Assembly (NCBI GenBank): GCA_964518835.1
Contig: CAZFKU010000002.1
Coordinates: 3,120 to 67,119, forward strand
Direction of reading: 5' to 3'
DNA: 64,000 bases
Origin: an uncultured bacterium
GTDB taxonomy: Bacteria > Fidelibacterota > Marinisomatia > Marinisomatales > AB-629-J13
Part shown: positions 1 through 9,722 of the stretch, one piece after another
Position numbering within the stretch: the first letter of the stretch is position 1
Layout: the number at the start of each line of letters is the position of its first letter
The notes under the pieces: model-generated
Told to the model about the DNA's origin: nothing
What the model saw: the letters and a program-made list of their open reading frames with translations, nothing else
Database searches by the model: none
Program-made: the position numbers and the translations under genes

Positions 1-227
1 AAGGATACTTTTGACGCTGTCTGAATATCTCTTTTAGGTCTAAAGTGATACACTAAATCCAAATAATTAATAGGTTGAAAAAAGGATGTATAATGAGGTT
101 TTTTCCTTTTGGCTCCTCGAATGATAATACTTACTTTTCCCTCGTCCCGGGTAAGACACCGTGCAATCATGCTTGTATCTCCAAATGGAAACCTTTTCAG
201 CACCACCGCTTCAGTGTGCACAATCAT
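1..227 (-). CDS. recO: DNA repair protein RecO, N-terminal part (gene runs off the left edge of the window)
   Basis: Absent from the ORF track because there is no stop in the window. My translation of the minus strand from ATG at 227 gives MIVHTEAVVLKRFPFGDTSMIARCLTRDEGKVSIIIRGAKRKKPHYTSFFQPINYLDLVYHFRPKRDIQTASKVS with no stops. This fits the RecO OB-fold N-terminus pattern. It starts 6 nt after the proS stop. Confidence 0.7.
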   Translation of the reverse strand, partial: MIVHTEAVVLKRFPFGDTSMIARCLTRDEGKVSIIIRGAKRKKPHYTSFFQPINYLDLVYHFRPKRDIQTASKVS

Positions 228-233
228 TATTGT

Positions 234-1700
234 TTAATATGCTTTAGCGAATATCACTTCATGTTTTGCCGGCTTCCCGCTGTAAACACAAGTTTTCCCG
301 GACACATCCCCGTCAGCAAGAATACATCGAATGGTCGCTTTCGTTTCTTCTTTGATTATAGTTTCGGTGTCATTTTCTCCATCCCATCCACAGCGGATGA
401 ACCCGCCATTATTTTTAATAACGGATTTAAATTCATCAAAAGAGCTCACTGTGCATGTATGTTCTTCTCTGAATGTAAGCGCTTGTTGGAAGAGATTGTC
501 CTGAATTTCATGCAAAAGGGTATCCACAGCGGTTCCAATAGAATCTTTCGACACAGCGGTTTTATCGCCTGTATCCCTCCTGACAAGCATCACCTGATTT
601 CCTTCCACATCACGGGGACCTACTTCCAGTCGCAATGGAACCCCTTTCATTTCCCATTCATTAAATTTGAATCCCGGGGAATTGGGACTCCAATCCTGAT
701 GGAATCGAATTTTCTTCTCTTTGAATTCATTTAAAAAGGGCTCAATAAATTGACGGATATTCTGTTCATCCTCTTCGGTTCTTGCAATGGGAATAATGAC
801 GACCTGAATCGGGGCGATTTTGGGAGGAAGACGGAGACCTTTATCATCTCCGTGGGTCATGATGACAGCGCCCACAAGGCGGGTGCTCACTCCCCAGCTG
901 GTGGCGTAAACTAATTCCTCTTTGTTGTCCTCTGTTTGAAACGTAACACCAAAAGCCCTGGCAAAATTCTGACCGAGATTATGAGATGTTCCTGCCTGAA
1001 GGGCACGTTTATCTCCCATCATTGCTTCAATGCAGTAGGTTCGTTCTGCGCCGGCAAATTTCTCCGCATCAGATTTCAATCCAGTGAGAACCGGAATGGC
1101 AAGATGTTCTTCAGCCAGTTTTTTGTAAATATTCAGGATTAACAGAGCTTCAGTTTCTGCTTCTTCTTCTGTGGCATGTGCCGTATGGCCCTCCTGCCAG
1201 AGGAATTCAGTTGTCCGGAGAAACAATCTCGTCCGCATTTCCCAGCGAACAACGTTTGCCCATTGGTTGATAAGCAAAGGCAGGTCCCGATAAGACTGGA
1301 TCCATTTTTTATACATGAACCAAATAACAGTCTCAGATGTGGGGCGGACAATCACTTCCTCTTCAAGTTTGGATTCCGGATCTACGATGAGTCCATCCTC
1401 CCCCGCCTTTAACCGGGAATGGGTAACTACAGCACATTCCTTGGCAAATCCTTCTACATGGTCTGCTTCCTGAGCTAAAAAAGATTTGGGAATGAACAGA
1501 GGGAAATAAGCGTTGACATGTCCGCTGTCTTTAATCATTTTGTCAAGAGCATCCCGTAAATGTTCCCACAGAGAAAATCCATATGGTTTGATGACCATTG
1601 TTCCTTTTACGGGGCCATAATCTGCCAGTCCTGCACGGGCGATGACATCCGTGTACCAGCCGGAGAAATTTTGACTTTTAGGAGTAACTTTTTTAGACAT
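234..1700 (-). CDS. proS: Prolyl-tRNA synthetase, archaeal/eukaryal-type class II
   Basis: 488 aa. N-terminus FSGWYTDVIARAGLADYGPVKGTMVIKPYGFSLWE, class II core (FPLFIP, TSHNLGQNFA) and a C-terminal domain ending in the conserved terminal Tyr (FAKAY). Confidence 0.93.
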   Translation of the reverse strand: MSKKVTPKSQNFSGWYTDVIARAGLADYGPVKGTMVIKPYGFSLWEHLRDALDKMIKDSGHVNAYFPLFIPKSFLAQEADHVEGFAKECAVVTHSRLKAGEDGLIVDPESKLEEEVIVRPTSETVIWFMYKKWIQSYRDLPLLINQWANVVRWEMRTRLFLRTTEFLWQEGHTAHATEEEAETEALLILNIYKKLAEEHLAIPVLTGLKSDAEKFAGAERTYCIEAMMGDKRALQAGTSHNLGQNFARAFGVTFQTEDNKEELVYATSWGVSTRLVGAVIMTHGDDKGLRLPPKIAPIQVVIIPIARTEEDEQNIRQFIEPFLNEFKEKKIRFHQDWSPNSPGFKFNEWEMKGVPLRLEVGPRDVEGNQVMLVRRDTGDKTAVSKDSIGTAVDTLLHEIQDNLFQQALTFREEHTCTVSSFDEFKSVIKNNGGFIRCGWDGENDTETIIKEETKATIRCILADGDVSGKTCVYSGKPAKHEVIFAKAY

Positions 1701-1821
1701 TAATTTTTCTATGAATAAAAATGAATATAAATAATGGGTGAGAAATTACCGGCTATGATTCAGGTTGACAAATGAAAAGGTCATCGGAAATAACAGATGA
1801 CATGAAAGTTAAGACCGTTTT

Positions 1822-2178
1822 TTATTCCTCAGGTTTTTTTTCAATTACTTTAAACATTTTTTCTCCCGGCATTACCATCCCGTATTTTTCCCGTGCCAGT
1901 CTCATCAAATAATCATCATTATATTTTAAATTGTTTTTTTCATCTTCTAAATCCTGCAGTTCAAGACGTAATTCAGCAATGAGTTTCTGGGTCCTTTCCC
2001 GTTCTGAATTTATTTTAACCAATTGATAAATTCCGTGATCTCCGAAGAAGAAAATAATGACCAGTGTAATTCCGACCAGTAAAGCGACACCTCGTAAGAT
2101 TCGTTTTTTTGTCTCTGCAGTTTTCTGCCGATAGCGCAGTGTTACAGGAGTTTTCTTAGATTTATTGATCCGTCTCAT
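1822..2178 (-). CDS. Septum formation initiator, FtsB/DivIC-like
   Basis: 118 aa: basic N-terminus, one TM helix ([19 protein letters not shown]), then a coiled coil ([19 protein letters not shown]) and the motif [14 protein letters not shown] typical of FtsB/DivIC. Overlaps the eno stop by 4 nt, the usual eno-ftsB linkage. Confidence 0.7.
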   Translation of the reverse strand: MRRINKSKKTPVTLRYRQKTAETKKRILRGVALLVGITLVIIFFFGDHGIYQLVKINSERERTQKLIAELRLELQDLEDEKNNLKYNDDYLMRLAREKYGMVMPGEKMFKVIEKKPEE

Positions 2179-3458
2179 GATTTCCCCAGGATGGATTTAT
2201 CAGGATAAACTGCCTTGGTTCCTAATTCTTCTTCGATTCTCAATAATTGATTGTATTTGCACAATCTGTCTGTCCTTGAGGCAGAACCGGTTTTAATTTG
2301 CCCCATTCCCATGGCAACGGCAAAATCAGCAATGAACGAATCCTCAGTTTCTCCGGAACGGTGGGATATAATCACAGCAAAATTATTTTTTCTTGCCAAC
2401 TCAACTGCCTGAATAGTTTCAGTGACTGTACCAATCTGGTTTAATTTAATTAATATAGCATTCATTGACTTTTCATCCACAGCTCTCTGGAGACGATTTA
2501 AATTTGTCACCGTTAAGTCATCCCCGACAATTTGTATGGTGTTTCCTAATGTTTTATTTAGGTGGTTCCAACCGTCCCAGTCATTTTCATCCAGCCCGTC
2601 CTCAATAGAAACAATGGGATATTTTTTCACCAGTGTTTGCCAATAGTTTACCATTTCCTCTGATGATAAGGAAAGCTTTTCTGAATCCAGCTGGTATCTA
2701 CCGTCTTCATAAAATTCACTTGACGCCGCATCAATAGCAAGGAATATGTCTCGTCCCGCTTCATAACCTGCCTTTTCAATCGCCTGAAGAATTATTTCGA
2801 TCGCCTCTTCATTGGATTTTAGGTTCGGAGCGAACCCCCCTTCATCTCCTACTGCAGTGTTCATCCCTTTCGATTTCAGAACATTTTTTAAATGGTGAAA
2901 TATTTCCGTACCCATTCTCAATCCTTCACTGAATGAATCCGCACCTAGAGGATAAACCATGAATTCTTGAATATCCACATTATTGTCTGCGTGACTGCCT
3001 CCATTTAAAATATTCATCATTGGTGCGGGTAATAATGAATTACCAGATTTTATATATTTCCACAGAGGTTTTGTCTTGTGATTTGCCGCTGCCCGGCACA
3101 CTGCCATTGACACACCCAAAATTGCATTTGCACCTAGGATGTTTTTGTTTGCTGTCCCGTCTGTTTCAATTAGTTTTTTATCAATGTATTCCTGTTCAAG
3201 GGCATTTTTACCCATCACCGATTTTTGTAACACACCATTCACATTTTGAATAGCGTTGAGAACACCCTTTCCCAAAAACCTCTGGGAGTTCCCGTCCCTC
3301 AGCTCTACTGCTTCATGTTCACCGGTTGAAGCTCCGGATGGGACTGCCGACCTGCCATGGGAACCATCTGCTAATATTACATCCACCTCAACTGTAGGGT
3401 TTCCCCGGGAATCCAGAATTTCTCTTCCCGATATTTTAATTATGGCTGAATCAGACAC
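2175..3458 (-). CDS. eno: Enolase (phosphopyruvate hydratase)
   Basis: 427 aa. [54 protein letters not shown]. Confidence 0.97.
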   Translation of the reverse strand: MSDSAIIKISGREILDSRGNPTVEVDVILADGSHGRSAVPSGASTGEHEAVELRDGNSQRFLGKGVLNAIQNVNGVLQKSVMGKNALEQEYIDKKLIETDGTANKNILGANAILGVSMAVCRAAANHKTKPLWKYIKSGNSLLPAPMMNILNGGSHADNNVDIQEFMVYPLGADSFSEGLRMGTEIFHHLKNVLKSKGMNTAVGDEGGFAPNLKSNEEAIEIILQAIEKAGYEAGRDIFLAIDAASSEFYEDGRYQLDSEKLSLSSEEMVNYWQTLVKKYPIVSIEDGLDENDWDGWNHLNKTLGNTIQIVGDDLTVTNLNRLQRAVDEKSMNAILIKLNQIGTVTETIQAVELARKNNFAVIISHRSGETEDSFIADFAVAMGMGQIKTGSASRTDRLCKYNQLLRIEEELGTKAVYPDKSILGKS

Positions 3459-3566
3459 TTTCGTTTCACATGATTTTATTCAAATTAAAACGAGGAACAA
3501 CACCAGACAATACTCATTGTAAACTTAATTGTACGGAAAAACCACAACCCTTAATTTTCTGACAGC

Positions 3567-4541
3567 ATGAAAAGCAAAATAGATGTTTATAGGTTTAAAG
3601 AAACCAATTCTGGTGATTGGGATGAGTTTGTAAATAATGCATTCAATGGAACGATGTTTCATACCCGAAGGTTTCTCAGCTATCACCCGCAGGAACGTTT
3701 TCAGGACCACAGTCTGTATTTTGAAAAAAAAGGGAAACAATTTGCGGTGTTTCCTTCAGCGATTGTCCATACAAAAAATGGAGCTCTGCTTCACTCCCAT
3801 CCCGGTACAACTGTCAGCGGGTTTGTTACAAGAACGTCTCCGTCATTAAAAGAATCATTTGATTTGGTCACTTCATTGGTGGAGTATACTAGGGATGAAA
3901 ACTTTTCAGGAATCAGGATCACACTACCTCCCGATTGTTACACCAGAAATCCATCAAATTATTTGGAATTTGCACTTATGAAAAACGGATTTACCTATGA
4001 AAAAAGGGAAGTCTCCAGTGTGTTGTTATTACCAGGCACAAGTGAAGACATAATGAAAGGTTTTAAACCATCACACCGTCAAGCTGTTCGAAAAGCTGAG
4101 AAAGAAGGTGTGCGAATTGAGCTGTCATCCGACTTTGAAACATTTTATTCGATTTTAAAAAATAATTTATCCAAACGGCACAATGTTTTTCCTACTCACA
4201 GTCTTAAAGAATTAGAATTATTGCAAACGCTTTTCCCGGACAGGATTATTTTGCACGGTGCATTTATTAGAGGTAAAATGATAGCAGGAGTCGTAAGTTT
4301 CATTTTAAATAAACGGACACAGTTGGCATTTTACATTTCACACGATGAGAATTTTCAGGAGAAACGAGCCTTAAATCTATTGTTTTATACAATTTTTAGG
4401 GAGGCGGTTCAGAATGGGAAAAAGGTTTTTGATTTTGGTATATTTACGATAAATGAAGAAGCTAATTTTGGATTAGCCCGATTCAAAGAAAATTTTGGGG
4501 CGAGGGGTGTATTTCGAAATACAGTTGAGCTGACCTATTAA
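3567..4541 (+). CDS. FemAB-like / GNAT (Acetyltransf_6-type) acyl- or aminoacyl-transferase
   Basis: 324 aa. Size and layout match FemAB-family/BioF2-like acetyltransferases found in polysaccharide loci, with the C-terminal pattern GARGVFRN...FGLARFKENFG. Assigned by eye only. Confidence 0.5.
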   Translation: MKSKIDVYRFKETNSGDWDEFVNNAFNGTMFHTRRFLSYHPQERFQDHSLYFEKKGKQFAVFPSAIVHTKNGALLHSHPGTTVSGFVTRTSPSLKESFDLVTSLVEYTRDENFSGIRITLPPDCYTRNPSNYLEFALMKNGFTYEKREVSSVLLLPGTSEDIMKGFKPSHRQAVRKAEKEGVRIELSSDFETFYSILKNNLSKRHNVFPTHSLKELELLQTLFPDRIILHGAFIRGKMIAGVVSFILNKRTQLAFYISHDENFQEKRALNLLFYTIFREAVQNGKKVFDFGIFTINEEANFGLARFKENFGARGVFRNTVELTY

Positions 4542-4552
4542 CCTTTAGATAC

Positions 4553-5965
4553 TTGACTTCCTTTCCAAAACAAACCCTGATCTATGGAACAGGGCATATT
4601 TTAGTCCGTGTTGTAACATTCCTGTTACTACCATTATATACAAATATTTTCAGCCCTGGTGAATACGGTATAATCTCCCTTGCCTATGTGTTCATGAGCC
4701 TTGGAAGGATATTTTATCATTTTGGATTTGATTCAGCATTGATGAAATTTCATGTCAGCGAGTCGAAAGAAAATACAACTAAATCCTTCACAACAATTTA
4801 TTTCGCTCAATTTATTTCTTCACTAATTATTACCACTTGTATTATCGTCTTTAAAACTCCTCTCAGTTTTATCCTGTTTCAAGATGCGTTTCCGGAAATA
4901 ATTTCGATGATCGCACTCATACTATTTTGTGATACACTATGGAGCCTGACTCAAATTTTGCTCAGGGCAGAAAGTCGTCCCGTTTCATTCATCATTATTA
5001 ATTTGATCAATGTGATTACCACAATGGGGATGAACATATATTTCATTATTGGATTGAAGAAAGGAATGATGGGTGTTTTTTACGGAAATCTGACTGCGTC
5101 AGCACTCATATTATTTTTATCATTGTTTATTGTAATTCCAAAAATAAACATTAGTGATTTCAGCTCCCGCCTTTTGAAAAAAACTATAAAATTTGCTCTA
5201 CCATTTCTCCCGGCGGGTCTTTTTACCATTATAATGGAAGTGTCGGATAGGTATCTGCTTTTATGGCTCATGGGAACTGAAGCGGTGGGAATTTATTCTG
5301 CAGGATACAGATTGGGGATTTTCATTTCCCTTTTAGTCCTCAGTTTTAATATGGGATGGACACCTTATTTCCTCAATTTAAATCAATCGAAAAATGCTCC
5401 TCGGAAATACGCTCAAATCTTTTCGATATTTAACGGAATAATTTGTTTTTTCATGGTTTTTATTACACTTTGGATAAATAAAATTGTAAGAATAAAGATC
5501 GGAAACGTAACATTTTTTGGGGAAGAATTTTGGCAATCTACAGAAATTATTCCGGTGATTATGCTGGGGTATTTTTTTTCAGGATTATATGTACTTCAAC
5601 TTCCGGGTATTTATGCTACAGATAAAACCCGACTGATTCCATTGTTTCGGGGAATTGGTGCAGTTTCAAACATAGTATTGAATTTAATCCTTATACCCAG
5701 ATTTGGTGTTATGGGAGCAGCCTGGGCAACAGCTGTTTCTTTTGGCATTATTGCATTAACTATTTTTTTATTTAATTATTCTCAATATCCAATTCCGTTT
5801 ACATTTCAATCGATTATTATTCCTCTAGGTTATTTTGGTCTTGCCTGTATTGTTCCCGGAGGGCTCTGGAATCAAATAATATTAACCGTGGGATTTATTC
5901 CTGTTTGGTATGGGTTTGCTCTCAGGAAATCGGAAAGAGAATTGATAAAAACCAAATTATTTTGA
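4553..5965 (+). CDS. Polysaccharide flippase (Wzx, MOP/PST family)
   Basis: 470 aa, TTG start, about 12-14 hydrophobic helices. N-terminus GTGHILVRVVTFLLLPLYTNIFSPGEYG is typical of O-antigen/polysaccharide flippases. Confidence 0.75.
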   Translation: MTSFPKQTLIYGTGHILVRVVTFLLLPLYTNIFSPGEYGIISLAYVFMSLGRIFYHFGFDSALMKFHVSESKENTTKSFTTIYFAQFISSLIITTCIIVFKTPLSFILFQDAFPEIISMIALILFCDTLWSLTQILLRAESRPVSFIIINLINVITTMGMNIYFIIGLKKGMMGVFYGNLTASALILFLSLFIVIPKINISDFSSRLLKKTIKFALPFLPAGLFTIIMEVSDRYLLLWLMGTEAVGIYSAGYRLGIFISLLVLSFNMGWTPYFLNLNQSKNAPRKYAQIFSIFNGIICFFMVFITLWINKIVRIKIGNVTFFGEEFWQSTEIIPVIMLGYFFSGLYVLQLPGIYATDKTRLIPLFRGIGAVSNIVLNLILIPRFGVMGAAWATAVSFGIIALTIFLFNYSQYPIPFTFQSIIIPLGYFGLACIVPGGLWNQIILTVGFIPVWYGFALRKSERELIKTKLF

Positions 5966-7071
5966 TTGCCGTTGTCTCTTTTGAACATTTCCTGGATGAT
6001 GAGCGAATTTATCACCGCCAAATAAAAACACTTATAAAAAATGGATTTCAGGTTTCATATTTTACCCGATCAAACTCAGAAATAGATTTATCTACACCAG
6101 AATTGAGCCATGTTAATTTCCCAAAATTAACTTCGCTAAAAGAATACACTCAAAAAATAGTCGGCTATTTTTCCGGAAGCAGTCCTCCAAAGGTAGTCCA
6201 CATCCATGAACCGGAGTTGCTTGATTTAGCCTCAACCCTGAAAATACAATTTGGGACGAAAGTTATTTATGATGTTCATGAGGATTATCCTTCCTTAATA
6301 CATACATTTTCGAGGAAAACCAAATTGATTAAGACAGTCAAGGAAAAATTCTGGTTGGAAAAAGAGAAACGGTTTTTAAAGTGGGTGGACAGGATTATTT
6401 TGGCAAGCCCATACATTAAAAACAGTGGTTATGATGAAAAAGGATTCACTCCGGTTATTCTTGAAAATTTTCCGACGTTAAGTATGATTCCCAAGGTCGA
6501 CTTTGATTGTAACCGGGGAAACACGATGATTTATCACGGACATCTTGGACCGGAAAGAGGAATTTCTGAATTAATTCAATCAGTATTAATTGTGTCAAAC
6601 GAAATTCCCGATATATCTTTATCCCTATATGGTTCATTTCGGACAAATGATTATCAAAATGAAATACTAGCATTAATAAAGCAATTGTCTCTTGATCAAC
6701 ATATAAACTGGTATGGACAAATAAATCATGAAGAGATTTGGGAAAAATTATCTGAATCCTCAGTTGGTGTAATTCCATTTCTTGATAAGCCACTTACCAG
6801 GTTGGGGACACCAACGAAACTGTTTGAATATATGGCTTCAGGTTGTCGTATTGTAGCATCAAACCTTCCCCCTATGAAACGATTTGATGTTAATGGAATT
6901 TTAATGGTTTCACCCGGTAATATTAAAAACCTTAGTCAATGTTTAGTTGAAGCACTGCAAAAAAACTCTAATGAATCGCTGGAATTAAACCATAAAAAAA
7001 TTATGGATGAATATAATTGGGAAACCATTGAGCATAGATTAATAGATACATATGGGGAATTGTTGAAGTGA
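5962..7071 (+). CDS. Glycosyltransferase family 4 (GT-B, GT1 clan)
   Basis: The ORF track opens at 5905. I prefer the TTG at 5962 (TTGA overlap with the wzx stop), giving LIAVVSFEHF... C-terminal half has the retaining GT-B pattern (GTPTKLFEYMASGCRIVAS, the EX7E region). Confidence 0.75.
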   Translation: MIAVVSFEHFLDDERIYHRQIKTLIKNGFQVSYFTRSNSEIDLSTPELSHVNFPKLTSLKEYTQKIVGYFSGSSPPKVVHIHEPELLDLASTLKIQFGTKVIYDVHEDYPSLIHTFSRKTKLIKTVKEKFWLEKEKRFLKWVDRIILASPYIKNSGYDEKGFTPVILENFPTLSMIPKVDFDCNRGNTMIYHGHLGPERGISELIQSVLIVSNEIPDISLSLYGSFRTNDYQNEILALIKQLSLDQHINWYGQINHEEIWEKLSESSVGVIPFLDKPLTRLGTPTKLFEYMASGCRIVASNLPPMKRFDVNGILMVSPGNIKNLSQCLVEALQKNSNESLELNHKKIMDEYNWETIEHRLIDTYGELLK

Positions 7072-8156
7072 AAATCCTTTATATTTCACCTGAAAATACC
7101 GTTGGAACTTTATCTGCTTGGAAATCCATCCATGAAAATAATGGACATTATTGCAGGACGCTTACTTTTTTCAGGTCTCCAAAAAATTTCAATGAAGACA
7201 TCTGTCTGGATCTACCGTTCAATTTTACAAAAAATTGGATGGCTTGTTTACGGCATATTGTGTACAAAATATACCGGGGAAAAGATGGCTATCGAAAGGA
7301 AAAATCCGGCTATCCTCCGGTATGGAAACCAGAGGGGATAATTGACACTTCGTTTTTAAGGTTTAAAGATTGGGTATGGTATCCGAGAGTAGAATCTGCG
7401 ATCAGGGAATATGATTTGCTCAATTTTGATGTGATTCATTTTGAAAGCGGAATGGATTTTTTAAAAAACGAATTTTTTGTCAAAAAAATAAAAGAAGCAC
7501 GAAAGAAAATAATTTGTCACTATCATGGAGAAGATTTGCGAACGAGAGGTGTAATGCCCGAACTTGATTCCATTAGTGATTTAAATCTCACAAATGAATT
7601 GGATTTACTGGAGAAACATCCCAATATTCATTATATTTTTCTCCCTTTTGATACAAAATCGTTCACACCGAAAAAAAACATAAATGAAAAGATTCGTGTT
7701 GCCCATGCGCCTACAAACCGATATTATAAGGGATCAAACCTAATCATTAATCTATGCAGAAAACTTGAAGATGAAGGGATGATTCATTTTGATTTAATAG
7801 AAAACCTTCCACACCAAAAGGCGATTAAATATAAAAAGGAAGCAGATATTTTTATAGATCAAATTGGAGACAAAGGCGGCTGGGGCTATGGGATGAACTC
7901 TGTGGAAGCTCTCTCTATGGGTATTTGTACGTTGACAGAGATGAACAAGAAATATTGTGACTTTCTTCCGGATCATCCTTTTGTAAATGTTAATGAAAAG
8001 ACATTAGAAATCGAACTGAGAAGATTGATTAACGACAGAAACAGAATTTTGCATTTTGGAAGAAAAGGGAAAGATTGGGTGGATAAAACCCATAATTATA
8101 CTGAAGTAGCAAATTCTTTATACACTTATTACAGAAATATAGGACTTTCAGTTTGA
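7068..8156 (+). CDS. Putative glycosyltransferase (GT-B-like)
   Basis: 362 aa, GTGA overlap with the upstream gene. MKILYISPEN N-terminus, HAPTNRYYKGSNLI and MNSVEALSMGICTL resemble the GT1-clan C-terminal domain. A weaker call. Confidence 0.5.
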   Translation: MKILYISPENTVGTLSAWKSIHENNGHYCRTLTFFRSPKNFNEDICLDLPFNFTKNWMACLRHIVYKIYRGKDGYRKEKSGYPPVWKPEGIIDTSFLRFKDWVWYPRVESAIREYDLLNFDVIHFESGMDFLKNEFFVKKIKEARKKIICHYHGEDLRTRGVMPELDSISDLNLTNELDLLEKHPNIHYIFLPFDTKSFTPKKNINEKIRVAHAPTNRYYKGSNLIINLCRKLEDEGMIHFDLIENLPHQKAIKYKKEADIFIDQIGDKGGWGYGMNSVEALSMGICTLTEMNKKYCDFLPDHPFVNVNEKTLEIELRRLINDRNRILHFGRKGKDWVDKTHNYTEVANSLYTYYRNIGLSV

Positions 8157-9235
8157 AACAGGAAATCTATCATCCCAGGAAACTGATTATCTCCCGATTT
8201 ATCAGCAGTTTGATTTATCCTTTTGTACGGATTTTTATTCACAATCCAATTACATCTGATTTTAAAAAGGATGAGATTAAAAAAATTTTAGTTACAGAAT
8301 ACCATTGTATTGGGGATGTGTTGATGATTATTCCAGCCTTGCGGCTGATAAAATCGTCATTTCCTAAAGCTGAATTAACATTGTTAACAAACTCTGACGC
8401 TTCAGCATTAGCTGAAGTTTTAGAAATAGCTGATAAGATAATTTCTTTTGATTTTCCATGGACGGGGAAGACAGATAAAATAAAATATAGGGAAGCGTGG
8501 GATGTCGCAATAAAGCTCAAGAAGGAAAACTTTGATTTGGGAATTGATTTTAAAGGCGATCTGAGAAACCTAATATTTTTATGGAAAACCGGTTCAAAAT
8601 TTAGAATAGGATTTAATGGAACGGGAGGAAATTATTTTATCACCCATCCATTCCCGTTCCCTTTTACAGTTCACCAGAGAGACAGATCAATTCAATTATT
8701 ACGATCAATTGGATTAAATAAAAAAATTGATAAATCAATCATTGATATACCAAATAGTACAAGTGATAAAAAAGATTTTATAGTCCTTCATCCCGGTGCA
8801 AATCACAAAGCAAGACAGTGGTCAAAAAATAATTGGATAAAACTTGTGGAATTGCTGGAACATTCACACAAAATTGCTTTAGTAAAAACTAATGATTCAG
8901 TAAAAACAATTACCTACTTATCAGAAATTTATCCGGATATTTTTATTTTTTCAGATTCGCTTCCGAATTTTGGAAGGTGGCTCCAACACCAGAAAATGCT
9001 GATTGGAATGGATTCCATGGCAGTTCATTTGGCGGGTGTCTTAGGAATTCCTTCACTTGCTATTTTTGGGAAACAGGATCCTGATTTAACGAAACCCAAA
9101 TTTAATAACTCAGAGTTTATAATTCCTGAAAATTCATGCAATCATAAAAATAATCACTGGAGATTATGCGGAAAGTGTACTAACTCCGTAAAACCTGAAG
9201 CAGTATTTGAAAAAATAAAAAGGTTACAACTATAG
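8153..9235 (+). CDS. Glycosyltransferase family 9 (heptosyltransferase-like, WaaC/WaaF family)
   Basis: 360 aa. KKILVTEYHCIGDVLMIIPALRLIKSSFPKAELTLLTN, LHPGANHKARQWS and DSMAVHLAGVLGIPSLAIFG are GT9 hallmarks. Confidence 0.8.
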   Translation: MKQEIYHPRKLIISRFISSLIYPFVRIFIHNPITSDFKKDEIKKILVTEYHCIGDVLMIIPALRLIKSSFPKAELTLLTNSDASALAEVLEIADKIISFDFPWTGKTDKIKYREAWDVAIKLKKENFDLGIDFKGDLRNLIFLWKTGSKFRIGFNGTGGNYFITHPFPFPFTVHQRDRSIQLLRSIGLNKKIDKSIIDIPNSTSDKKDFIVLHPGANHKARQWSKNNWIKLVELLEHSHKIALVKTNDSVKTITYLSEIYPDIFIFSDSLPNFGRWLQHQKMLIGMDSMAVHLAGVLGIPSLAIFGKQDPDLTKPKFNNSEFIIPENSCNHKNNHWRLCGKCTNSVKPEAVFEKIKRLQL

Positions 9236-9306
9236 TATTACCATACCCTGTAAACAATTTAATTTTTTTATGCAATTTTCGGATTAGTCACAAAAAAAAT
9301 ATTTTA

Positions 9307-9337
9307 ATTGAATTATAATTATTTTTGTGTAAATTTG
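9307..9337 (+). promoter_or_regulatory. Promoter-like sequence upstream of the small-protein locus
   Basis: ATTG (9307-9310), a 19-nt spacer, then TAAATTTG (9330-9337). This approximates the FCB/Bacteroidetes-type TTTG-N19-TAnnTTTG promoter. A TTGAAT hexamer at 9308 is also present. AT-rich context, so this may be chance. Confidence 0.25.
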
Positions 9338-9343
9338 ATAAAT

Positions 9344-9363
9344 ACTCTGAGATAAACTCTGAG
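9344..9363 (+). repeat. Tandem direct repeat ACTCTGAG x2 (12-nt period)
   Basis: ACTCTGAG occurs at 9344-9351 and again at 9356-9363. Each copy contains the mini-palindrome CTCnGAG. It lies just downstream of the promoter-like sequence. Function unknown. Confidence 0.5.
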
Positions 9364-9393
9364 CACCAAACATATAAAAATCATTAGATTTGG

Positions 9394-9423
9394 AAAAAAA
9401 CGGGGATACGTATCCCCGTTTTT
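9394..9423. terminator. Palindromic intrinsic-terminator-like hairpin (A-tract / stem / T-tract)
   Basis: AAAAAAA-CGGGGAT-ACGT-ATCCCCG-TTTTT. Perfect 18-nt palindrome at 9401-9418, flanked by A7 and T5. It sits 160 nt after the GT9 stop and only 33 nt before the next start codon. Confidence 0.6.
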
Positions 9424-9456
9424 CATTTACTACACATAAACCAAGGAGGTACACTT

Positions 9457-9663
9457 ATGGCAGATATAAGTTCAACCGTAGAGAATGTAGTTGGCGGAAT
9501 TGTAAGCCTGATCAAAGGTCTCATCGTATTATTCGTTTTTGCGAATATTATTTACGATACTGGATTTGATCCGGTTTATGGAATCATAAATCTAGTTGAT
9601 TCATTTCTAAGCGGTGGCTTTGCCGGACTATTGGCACTTCTGGTTCTCGTATCATTTTTATAG
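9457..9663 (+). CDS. Small hydrophobic membrane protein, paralog A (68 aa)
   Basis: Strong SD (CCAAGGAGGTACACTT-ATG). Two predicted TM segments. Conserved C-terminal GGFAGLLALLVL. Paralogous to the next ORF. Confidence 0.6.
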   Translation: MADISSTVENVVGGIVSLIKGLIVLFVFANIIYDTGFDPVYGIINLVDSFLSGGFAGLLALLVLVSFL

Positions 9664-9722
9664 GCAGTACGCCTGAATTATGGACGAAACCACGAGTTTG
9701 AATCATCCCATATGGAGGAAAA

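Noticed and set aside
75-734. 219-aa ORF on the plus strand
   Set aside because: It lies entirely antisense to the well-supported recO start and proS C-terminus. Its composition is odd (Phe/Cys/His-rich) with no family resemblance. It is a shadow ORF of an AT-rich coding region.
9457-9663. Possible double-glycine-leader (class II) two-peptide bacteriocin, from MADISSTVENVVGG followed by a hydrophobic peptide
   Set aside because: The leader matches the LSxxELxxIxGG consensus only at the GG and two hydrophobic positions. Paralog B has no GG leader. No C39-peptidase ABC exporter or immunity gene is nearby.
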